The notes beneath the pieces are model-generated. The model did no database searches. It was not told where the DNA came from and worked only from the letters and a program-made list of their open reading frames with translations. From Selaginella moellendorffii (lineage: Eukaryota > Plantae > Lycopodiophyta), in assembly GCF_000143415.4 (NCBI RefSeq), contig NW_003314384.1, positions 1 to 64,000 of the forward strand: a stretch of 64,000 nucleotides of DNA, in the 5' to 3' direction. A program made the translations under genes and the position numbers. The number at the start of each line of letters is the position of its first letter. Positions within the stretch are counted from its first letter, which is position 1. Shown here piece by piece: positions 53,632 to 64,000 of the stretch.

Positions 53632-54429
53632 TTTGTTGCCTTTAGGTTTTGGAACTCTGAACTTTTATAACAAAATGTCACCTCACATGTGTTATGCCAT
53701 TATGTGAAAAGAAAGGGCGATTTTATTCTAGGATCTAACATCGAATAATGTTGTTATAATAAATTCTATATACAATATTAAAAGTCTATATATATTGAAT
53801 TCAAAAACATGCTCAAATTTATTATATGCACTAACTTTTGGTAGAACGGAAAGAAATATCACCTCAAGCACATGCCATAATATGAAAAATAGGAATGATT
53901 TTATTCTAGGATCTACCATCAACCAACTGTTGCCAAACAAATTAAATATTGTACATATTTTCAGTACTTCATTAAAGCTAGAAATCATCACATTCTTCTG
54001 AACTCATTTAAATATATTCCATCTTTGTACTACCATCTATCACCTATAGTAAATTATATATATACATTGCTTTGGAAACAACATCTTACGATTTAATAAT
54101 CTTATATTTTCTAACAATTTCCTACTGTGATCAATTCAACACATGCGTCTGTGACATTATTTCACATTATGATATAGTCATATTAGAGCGCACCTCCATT
54201 ATTAAATTACAACTCAAAAGAACTTTGTCACGTGATCAAATCTAGGATGGAATAGAAATTGTACAGTAGATTTATTATTTATTGTACAATGAAGATTTAC
54301 TGCATCCACGATGAACGACTATGATGAAAGCTAGGTTAAGGTTAGGGCAGCCACCAATGTTAGGGTTTTACAGAAAGTAGAGTGGGAGATTGGGAATGAC
54401 TGCGGGAACAGAATGCCACCAAGAGTAAG

Positions 54430-55210
54430 TTTTTTCTCCTCCTCCACTCCCATGCCATGCCCAGTGCCGCCGCGCCCACGCCACTCCCAGCGCTGCCACA
54501 GCCAGCACTACCACGCCCACACGATGCCACGCCCAGCGCCGCCACTGCCTAGGGCCACCGAGCGCTGCCTACTGCCACGCCACGCCCAGCGCAGCGCTGC
54601 CTAGGTCCGCTGCTGCCATGCCGCCACTGCCGTGCCGCCGCTGCCCAGCATCGCCCACGCCATGCCACGCCACGCCATGCCACACCAGTGCCACGCTACC
54701 TAGGGCCACTGCTGCCCAGCACCGCTGCTGCCATGCCATGCCCAGCACTGCTGCTGCCGCAGCCAAGTGCCCGGGCTGGGCATTTGGCCGGGCACTCCGC
54801 CTGGGCCAGCCATGGCAGGCCGGTACACCGGCAAACCAGCGCCAGAGCCAACTGCCCGCGCCAAGTCCACGTAGGTGGGCAAAGGCGTTTGGGGGCGGGC
54901 TGGTGCCTACGCCAAGTGCTTGTGCCAAATGCCCATGTCGGGCATTTGGCACAAGCCACCCAAGTCCAAGTGCCCAGGCCAGGCACTTTGTGCAGGCTGG
55001 CAAAGTGTTTGGGGGACGTGTGCCAAGTGCCTGTGCTGGGCATTTGGCACAAGCCGGCCAAGGGGCTTGGGGGCGAACCGGCACCCGCGCCAGGTGCCAA
55101 GGCCAAGTGCCTGGGCTGGGATTTGGCGCGAGCCGGCCTTGGTGCTTGGAGGTGAGCCAGTGAACCGGTGAACCGGGCTGCCCCCAACTGCCCTAGGCAC
55201 TTGGCGTGCA
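54430..55210. promoter_or_regulatory. GC-rich island between the divergent transposase and ParB-like gene A, with clustered palindromes GCCAARTGCCY-N5-GGGCAYTTGGC
   Basis: Instances at 54762-54788, 54918-54956 (17-bp perfect arms), 54966-54990, 55022-55048 and 55102-55127, plus half sites. Confidence 0.75.
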
Positions 55211-55271
55211 CCAGCCTTGTTCCCCTCTTCTTATGCATTTATAATTTATAATGAGTTTTTTTAATTTTCAG

Positions 55272-57508
55272 AAACGGAAGCAACTACAAAAGGAGAGGGA
55301 TGTTGGATCAAAGAGAAGACATGAGGAAGATGAGATCCAGGACCACAATCAAGCTGACCTTCAGATAAAGATTTCCACAGCGACAACTCTACCGTCTTCG
55401 CAACCAGATAGCTCCAGTCCACATGCACCCCCACCACCGCCATCGATGCCACCACCACCATTACACCGCCACCACCTTCACCACCGCCGCCACCTCTACC
55501 TTCATCACCACCATTACCACCACCGTCATCACCACCATTACCACCACCACCGTCATCACCACCATTACCACCACCACCGCCACCATCATCACCACCACTA
55601 CCATTGCTGCCACAACCACAAATGCCACTACTCTTAACATATTCACAAAATATGGCAGGAACAAAGCAATGCCCAAGTGTGCCTAACGGGGGTGTTGGGC
55701 CCGAGTCGGGAGCTAGATCTGATAATGGTGCTAGTGGAGGTGTACTGAAGCTGAAAGAGAAGTGGAGCTATCTGAACACATTGTCGACAAGCGCTTCCAA
55801 GAGACAGTTTTGAGAACTAAAGAGAAGGCCATTCACACGACTCTAGAGTCTCTCAAGTGAGAAGGCCCGAGAGACATGATCCGAGAAATCCCACTATGTC
55901 GATTCACTCAGACAAGCATTGTTCGGTCTGCTTCACCACACTTTGTCAACATGGACATCTATAGTCTGTACAAATAGAACGGCCTTAGGACAAACATAGG
56001 TATGTTCCTTGTTTTGGTCTTCAAGCCAGAAATGACAAATACCCTCTCGGTGTCACCGGAAATCAAGAGGGATTGGGATGATATTTGGAAAATGAAGTCC
56101 TATGAATTTGACATCAAGCTTATGAGCCATCCTGAGACTCAGCAATTTGTGGGGAAAATGTTCTACATTATCGACGGGAATCATCGCTAGTGCACGTGGA
56201 TGAAGTGCATCTGAGAATGCTTCCAAGACGATCCTGTCTATCACATCAATGTTCCGGTTGGACATGTACATGCAAGAGGATCTCTAGATGTGGCAAGGCT
56301 TGTGATAGCTTGCCAAAAAATTAATGTGTAAGTACCTCTCCCTCTTCAATCACTTTTAACAATTTGTGTTTTGCAGGCTGGGACAGTTTGCAGTGCAGAA
56401 ACAAAGCCTAGTACATGATATTGAGCAGATCCGGTTTCTTGCCAATCTCAACGAGGATGCAGTCCACAGCCACTATGGTGATGATTTAGCATCACTTATT
56501 CGGCATCAACGAGGTTGTTAGGATGCCAATAGATGGTACAAGAATCTAGTGGCTTTTATGACAGCTGTATGGAGTAAGGTATGTTCTTCCAAGTATACTT
56601 CTTATCATAGAATGTTTGTGTTGTCTTCAGCCATTGGTGAAGGTTAAGCAAGATGCACATGCACAGTCGCATCAAACTGAAAATGATCAAGAACTCTCAG
56701 AGTATTTAGCTGCAATTGACAACAAAATCAACAACACAAAGAAGACAAAGGTAAAGAAATTACTTAGTGTGGCTGACCCTCAATGCCCAAAGGAGTGGTT
56801 CGATATTATAATAGAGATTGCTTGTCATGAAAGTAAGTATTGTTTATATTTACATGAAGGTTACTCACAAAAGTTATTTTTTAGTGGGCAAGACTCCAGA
56901 TGAGATTATTTACAACATCTCAAAGTCAAAGCTTACATATAAGGAACAAATACACATTTTGAACGACCTCAATAGCAGACTCAGGGAAGGAGAAAAAGGT
57001 TTGGACAGTATGATGGGGACTATGATGAGGAGGACCGTCTACATTTCACAAACTATATATGAAGGGGAGATGTTTCTAGTGTCTTTCATAGGGGATGATC
57101 CTGAGCAACTTCCATTTAAGGACTTCGTCATCACTGAGCTTACAAAACTCTTAGAGGACTGTTTGCCAAAGAAGGCAACAAGCACGACTCCATTTGATAA
57201 ATAACTTGGCCAACCTTACTTCATGCGTCGAACAGCTTTCAGGTAGCATACAATTTCTCAATTGTACTCAATTGTTTATATTCTATTATAGGTATCTTCA
57301 ATATAGAGGCATTCCTCTCGAAACACCAGTATGCACACGACTTCTGAGGCATGGTGTGAGAGATGGAGGCATATACCCAACAACAATGAAGCTTCCAGCA
57401 ACAATAAAGCGCGCTTGTTCTTGGGAATTGGAGATGCCAGATTATGAACCAACACCAAAGCTCTATTTCGTTAAAGTGGGAATTGTCATTATCCCACTTG
57501 TAAAATAA
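55272..57508 (+). pseudogene. ParB/Srx-like domain gene A (multi-exon, in-frame stops), with Pro/Thr-rich N-terminal repeat
   Basis: KMFYIIDGNHR matches the ParB/sulfiredoxin hhDGxHR signature. Short GT-AG introns (e.g. 57243-57291). CAC/ACC triplet repeats at 55430-55620. Confidence 0.65.
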
Positions 57509-57843
57509 GGTTTCCAAACCTTTATATAGTATATAAATATAACAAAATTCAACTGTATTGAGGCACATGCCATTTTATTTTAAACAAGGAAATGTCTACT
57601 CAATCACTTCTCCTCCCCCTGCCACTGCTTCACCTCTCTCTTCTCCTTGTCATCGTCGTCTAATTTCTTTCCATCCTTTTAATATTGGCTCAGTTGCTCC
57701 GAGTCTAAGTGGAGCCCAAGTCCCCATTCAATCTTTACTTTCCCCTTATTAATAAAACAACTTTGTAGACTTCCAATAACATGCTGTAACACTTCTAGTA
57801 TAATGCAAATCCTCTCAAAGAATTGTCTTTTAATATTAATACA

Positions 57844-60800
57844 ATGGCATGGAACCCCATGCCATAATAAGTTACATTTTTAAATAAATACATGCCATCT
57901 CAGACTGTTATTTTTTGCCTCCAACGCCTATACAATAATCTTGGAATTTCATCACTCTCCACACTATCAGGATTTAAACCCAATAGTAATGCCATCTCTT
58001 CTCTAATACGTCCACGCTCATGTTCAGTGGTCGAAGAACCCATCCAGTTGAGCAGATTATGGAGATGCGGATAGTGCTTGGCTAGACAATATACATGCCA
58101 TAAATGATGACTGGTGTCTGTCCGATCAAATGGCTTCTGATATACCGTTCCATCTGCCATTTGGTTGATTTTTGCAGCCACCTCCTGGACTGGCCGGTTC
58201 TCTATCACCATCGCTCCAAGCCGTTTTGCAAGGTCCCCCAGAATATACGGTTTCTTCTCCCTAGTTTCCATACTGCAAGAGATGGGGTGCACTGCATATG
58301 TGTGCGTGTTCGCTGCATTTTTAATCGGCGAGTCATCGATGATGAGGATTTCACTTGACCTAGCAGTCCGGTTCATCACTACAGCCTCTGGCTTGACGAA
58401 GATGGGCTTGCTACCCCTCACATGGACCATAGTCAAGCAATCCTCCTGCGTTAGGAGAAAGTCAAATGGTAATATTACTCGCGTCTGATCGTGCATCATC
58501 TGTAGCAACTTTAATGCATTGTGGCGCATCATGGATGTCCAAACTCCCAATTGCAAATTGAACCCGGCCCTATGTTTTAAGTGTCACATGGTCATTATTA
58601 GATCCCGCAGTTTCTCCCATGTGATTAACGTGAATCTATCTCCTTTGACCAACTTGCGACCGCAGGCTTTGGAGGGTGCAGTGACATTCGAGGACGAGCC
58701 ACGCTTATGGGAGAAAAGGACACCGTTCAGATCAAAAACGATACAGTACCTTCGCCGTGACTCTGAAATGAAATGTGTCAGCATAAAAAATGGTACAAGT
58801 CAATTTTACCATCTACAATATTAGCGAATGGTGCTCCCGATGGTCGTTGAGAGGGTTTTAGTCGAGGAAACGTGAAGGGAGGAAATACTCTCCTCTGCAA
58901 TGTGGGGTCAATCGCATCTGATGGCGTGTGGGCACATGCCATTTCAGCTGTAGACTCTGGTACAACTGGCTCAACAGTGACATGGGGTGGTTCCGATGGC
59001 GTGTGATCACACGCCATTTCAGCTAGTGCCTCCATTGGCAAAGTGGACATGACCGAACAGGCAGCAGGGGCGGTGTAGGGAGGTTCTAACGGCGCGTAGT
59101 CAGACGATTAGGCACACGTTGAGTCCGTTGGAAATGAGGATACGACCGGCTCGGCGGCTGGGGCGGCCTCATGCGGGTCCAATGGCGCCTGGTCACCGTC
59201 AGTTGGATACGTGGACAAGATTGACTCAGTGGTATGGGCAGCATCAAGTGGAGCGTGGTCAGCTTGCTTGGCGTTGATATGGATAGTAGCCTCCACCAGC
59301 TCTGATGACTCTTGCAGGCAAGTAGAGTCCACTGGCGGATCCATATGCATGTCCAAATGTCTCCCTTCGATTGAGATGGTGTCCTCCCGTGCTACTAAAA
59401 ACAAACTCATTAGCACATTGAATCGACTATACTGTATTTACCATCAACTGTTATTGAGGAACTAGGACCGATATCACTTGGGCGCACTGCTGATTCTGAA
59501 GGATTGGACATACGTTTTGACCCTTGCTTGGCACTATCCTTCCTCTACACTAAAGGCTAGAGTTTGTATCTTAATTCAACTGAATAATCTCTACTTACCA
59601 TTTGCTCTGCGACCTACATGGATAATGTTAGAAATGGTAAAAGGTTAGGAATGGATGTACTATTATTTACCTGATGGTTTGTCTTGTATGACCTTCCTCC
59701 GTTGCTCTTTGGCCACCTCAGGCTGGCCATCGTCGTCATCATCGTTGTCGTCATTATTGTGATCGTCACCATTGTGAGGACCATCCAAGTCCTCTTCGTC
59801 CTCCTCTTCTTTGTCCTCCTCTTCGTCCTTCTGCTCTTCCTGCTCATTATCTTTCTCTGGCTCCTCATCCCCCTCCTGCATTTCTTCCATAGGCTGCTCA
59901 GGCTGGATGGCTTGTTCTTCCAGGACCATCTTGGGAAAATCATCTGGCCGAGTCTCCATCTCAAAATACAAGACATCCATAGCCTGTTTTAGTGCGTGAC
60001 CTAGGACCGTATCCTCACCCGACTGTCTTAACATGGTTTCTGCACGTTCTTGCACCCTTCGAAGACGACGAGATGAGAAAAACGTGGCCCTGACTTGAAA
60101 AGCATCCCTCATCCATTGTACCTCTCCATTGAGATTGGGGAAGGGGAGTCCGCCATAGGAATCTGAGTCAGGAGGTGGTGACTGCCTGCTTTCACTCAGC
60201 CCTTGATCTGCAATGAATGGCATGAGCACACATGCCATAACCGCGAGGCATTACCTATCATCTTTTTGTTGCCCTTCTTCCTTTTCGAATCAAACGCCTC
60301 TGATCCCGACGACTGTCCAACGTGCTTTCGCTTTTTATGACCACTGTCAGTTTGAGCTTGGCTGGTGCTTGCCTGTTTTGCCTTTGAAGAAGTGTCTCCT
60401 GCAAGGAATGGCATGAGACCACACGCCATTGCAAATATAATTTGTACCTCCTTTTTTCCTATTGCTTGTCTGTTTGTCCTTCTTTGACGTGCCACCAGTG
60501 CGCTTTTCAGTCCTCGTGTCTGAATATTCACAACGATCTATAATCAAAATGGCGTGAGGCCTCACGTGACCTTACCTTGTGCAGGTTGTGAGCTCGGCCC
60601 AACATGGGTATCTTCAACAGTAGCTGTTAACGTCGTTTCAGCATCTGGGGGTGGCCACGCTCCTGCATATAGAGCTTGTGAGATAACATTTAAACTTAAA
60701 GTGCGTACTCACCAGGTTCGCAGAGAAGATACTGTTTTTCTTTGGCAACTGTAATTATATGCTCCATTGAAGTCACCTCTTCAATGGAGTTTGTCACCGC

Positions 60801-63483
60801 AACACACGGGACACCCTTGAGTAGTGCGGCTCGAAAGAATAATCCACCGCAGTTGTACTCGACAACGCATTTGCCCTTGGAGTCGGAAGCAGGTGACCCA
60901 CCCGCTATTGCGTTGAAGACCCAGCTGAGCATTTCCCATGCTGCACCTGGAGCTTTCTTTGGATTCGAAAGCTCCATAGCCGTCTTCAGTTCCTCAGGCA
61001 CGGGTAAATTGACCTCCCTCAGATCAATTCGATCGGCCTTGTCGAACGAAGCTGGGAAGTCACTCCAGTCCCACTCTGTTGCAGGACCAATAACAAGGGC
61101 GAGTGTGAAGATGGGGACATTCGTCGGTATCTTCTTCTTAGCCATTATCCCATGGATCTCCTGCATCTCCTTGCCTTTCAACCGAGCCTTCACCTCATTC
61201 AAGGCCTTCCAGAACTTGTGATAGGATTCGGAGTCGTAGATCATATAGTGGACTGAAGATTCCACCTCCGCAAGTCCCACCATTAAGTCAATGATGGAGC
61301 TGACTTCGTCTGCATGAGTGATCTCCTCGTTTGTGAAGTCCATCACACAAAAGATGTTCTTGACCTGCTCATCTCCGTGGGAAACGATGCTCCTCCACCT
61401 TTGATCCTCATCCGAATTCACGTATACCCGGTAAGGTTCTCGATAGGCCTCTGCTGTGGGGTTGAGCTGTTTCTGAAGCCGGCGGTCGACATCACTCTTA
61501 ATGAAATTTGGATACTGATCCAACTTCTTAGCTTTACTTTTCGTGGCATCCCGCAGCAGATCGATGAACTTGGGGGCCCCCTTCACGTACTCGTCGATGT
61601 CTTCATTTGACAAATCCAGCGCTTCCATCATCTCTTGCGTGGTGTCGATGCTCACCCTCTCCACGGCCACTTCCTCAAAGATCCAATCCTTCAATAGCGC
61701 ACAAGCTCTCAGAGTCGTGCACAAGTCCTCGTATGTCACAATATGGCCGGGAGTCATTTTGGTCTTGTTGAAGACTACCTCACCACGTAGAAGAGCATTA
61801 GCCACTGTCAGAAGGTCGTCGTCGTCTAGAGACCGTGAGAAACACAAGGCGTTGAGCTTCAAATCATTGGGCTTCCTGCCGTCCTCCACACCCATTGAGT
61901 TTAGTAACTCCCCGTCATGGTACCTCCTCAGCACATCTACCCATTTGTCAAAAACAACTTTTGTCGCGAGTAGAATGTTATGGATGCTGAGTGTGTCATT
62001 GACCCCCAGTGTTTTCGAGAGAAGACTCGAGAATTCCTGCAATGGAAATGGCATGAGGCCACGTGCTATGCCACATGCAACGAGGCTTACCTGCCAGGCG
62101 CTAGTTGCTAGTGCACGTCCTTGTCCTGGTTTTTGTGGCTTCTTCAGTTGAACCCAGAGCTTCCGTGTTCGTGCCAATGTCTCGTGCAGACCCGATTTGT
62201 AGCACGTTTCTTGCTTGACATTCTGCGCGTGGGAGATGTATATGATAGATCGGAGGGGCGAGTTGCCTTTTATCAGGCGGACAACTCTTGTCTTGAAGAC
62301 TTTCTTCACCTCCTCGCCCACCATAATATCCACAACTATCTCTTGCATCGCCAAGCTAGAATGCTGCCCGGAGACGGCATAGAACCGGATGTTCTGATCG
62401 TCCAACACTTTCCTATTGATCAAGTCTGGAAACCTCATCTCGCCCTTCATTGTTCGGTAGTAGGGGATCACGTCTGCGATGTCGAGTGTTATTGGACTTG
62501 CCAGCATCTTCTACTTCAGTTTCTCCACCCACTCATCAGATACTAGCCTGTGGTTGTATTTGCTTTGGATGTCGATACGGCTCACGTCGATTGTATATAC
62601 TTTGTTGGAATAGTAACAAGTACTATTATCTGCGACAATTTTTGCTGCCTCTTCTTGCTCTTTCTGCTCTTTGCGGCTCTTCTTTTTGGTGGGTGTAGTG
62701 TTCGAACCCGAGGCAATGGTATCACCGAGTAGCTTCTTTTTTGGAGCAGGAGAGTCGGACGTCGGCTTGAGCTTGACCACCCTTTTCTGCTTCGGGGTAG
62801 TTTCCAAATCGACCCCCTTCCCCTTCGCTTCGCGAACTAGAGGCACTCTCAACAGCTCAATGTTGAAATATAGTTTTTGAACATCGCCGTAGGTGAGGTC
62901 CGTGGATTCCATGTGATCTTCATAGACCCGCAGCATCTTTGAAATTGTGGGCCTCCTAGACAACCTCTCCCTAACTCCCTCTAGGAATTCCTTATAGCCG
63001 CTGCCCCCCTCCGGGAAGCCGCTAGGATGTGCAAGGTGGATCTTGAAGGCGGACGCTATCTCTACAACAAGTGCCAGTCCATATTCTTGCATGGAACTGC
63101 ATGGAGTGTCTGTCACTTGGATGAGGATCCCCATGCATTCTTTTCTCCCACCATCTGTGTTGTACAGCCTTAGATCCTCACCTTCCATCCCGAAAGTCCA
63201 ACTGGTGAGCTCCTCCCCCTTCTCTGCATCCACATTGATAGTGGCTGGAAGAAGAACGCAATTCCTCGCCTGTTCAGAAATGCACAACAATTAGAGCTGA
63301 CAGATGAAAAGCTAGCAGCTGGAAATAACATGAGGCCACACACCATTCACCACTGCATCAGATGTCTTGAGGCTGCATCCTAAGATGGCATGAGGCTACA
63401 TGCCATCTGTAACCGGACTGCACTCGAGAGCCCAATCGGTGCATGCCAATGTTGCTACTAAATGGCATGTGGCCTCATGCCAT
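57844..63483. repeat. Palindrome family ATGGCRTG-N6-CAYGCCAT (copy 2 of module)
   Basis: Starts at 57844, 58921, 58996, 60217, 60408, 60549, 62048, 63325, 63385 and 63462. Confidence 0.9.
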
Positions 63484-63511
63484 TTTCTACTTGGCCTAAA
63501 AGACTTACCAT
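57900..63511 (-). pseudogene. Multi-exon ParB-like / degenerate amino-MTase-like / acidic / FCP1-type HAD phosphatase gene, copy 2 (few stops)
   Basis: ATG|GTAAG at 63511, then introns of 239, 54, 50, 56, 49 and 47 nt with consistent phases, and further short introns up to the HAD exon. HAD motifs FDLNGVL, VWTS, FVKP, IIDDSPIK. Stops at ~62511, 59108 and 58584. Confidence 0.75.
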
Positions 63512-64000
63512 TTGAAGCCGAATGGAGGCGTGACAATCGAGGCCGGACTCGCTGGCGAATATGCACTGTGTGTGCAGCGGATCTTAGCAGCAAGGCTACT
63601 CTGCCACTTACAGTTGGAGAGTGGCACTGAAATCTCCCGGGACGCCAAGTGGGCTGCGTGTGGGTGGCAGAGTGGGCGGCAAAGTTGGTGGCGAAGTTAC
63701 AAACTGGGTGTGTCTTGAAGTGGACGCCGATGCACATGAGCGCGATGCAAGCGCGAGTGTGATGCAAGCGCGAGTGGATGCCGATGCACACGAGAAACCT
63801 GTAGAGAAGGTAGATGAGCGCGAATGTGAGCGTGATCGCGAGTGGGAGCGCGATGCGAGCGTGAGTACGATGCAAAACCTAACCTCACACGCGCGAAATG
63901 TCACGACGGTTAGTAATCCCGCAACGTCATCATTCCTCGGACTTGGGCGCCACCATTAATTTCTGAATCGCCGCGCGCATGCATGCACATGAAATCCAAA

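Larger units (their letters stand above)
49689..64000. mobile_element. Large Mutator-type (possibly compound) DNA transposon with cargo genes; left end at ~49689, right end outside the window
   Basis: Sharp interruption of a family-B retroelement by GGAGCGCGGACCATAGTTGAGCTC..., followed by a transposase and tightly packed genes. No matching right TIR was seen. Confidence 0.6.

Noticed and set aside
54360-55238. Overlapping 100-180 aa ORFs in the GC island
   Set aside because: Stop-poor GC-rich repeats open in many frames; no protein-like features.
55272-63511. Bacterial/plasmid contamination or endogenous virus suggested by ParB-like motifs
   Set aside because: The genes have spliceosomal introns and are nested in plant LTR elements; no ParA, capsid, polymerase or packaging ATPase motifs were seen.

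Overview
Repeat-dense land-plant genomic DNA with three N-gaps. Most predicted introns are only ~47-57 nt, which suggests a compact-intron lineage such as Selaginella (inference). The host content is three near-identical copies of a two-exon Pollen Ole e 1/extensin-like gene (minus strand, ~2.3-2.9, 16.5-17.1 and 45.9-46.6 kb). The first two lie in a ~14.2-kb tandem duplication filled with nested, non-coding LTR retroelements of two families. The most interesting object is a large multi-gene DNA-transposon-like module, present as two overlapping partial copies (20942-32080 and 49689->64000). It carries a decayed Mutator-type DDE transposase, a ParB/Srx-like gene (IIDGNHR), a Sola-like/DUF7869-type transposase, and a long spliced gene. 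That gene joins a ParB-like domain, a degenerate amino-methyltransferase-like fold and an FCP1-type HAD phosphatase. The module is studded with about 19 copies per 11 kb of a fixed-spacer palindrome, ATGGCRTG-N6-CAYGCCAT, placed mainly in introns and gene flanks. A second palindrome family, GCCAARTGCCY-N5-GGGCAYTTGGC, clusters upstream of the other ParB-like gene. I propose, as a hypothesis, a transposon-encoded ParB/parS-like self-recognition (possibly anti-silencing) system. All domain calls come from reading motifs by eye, not from database searches.
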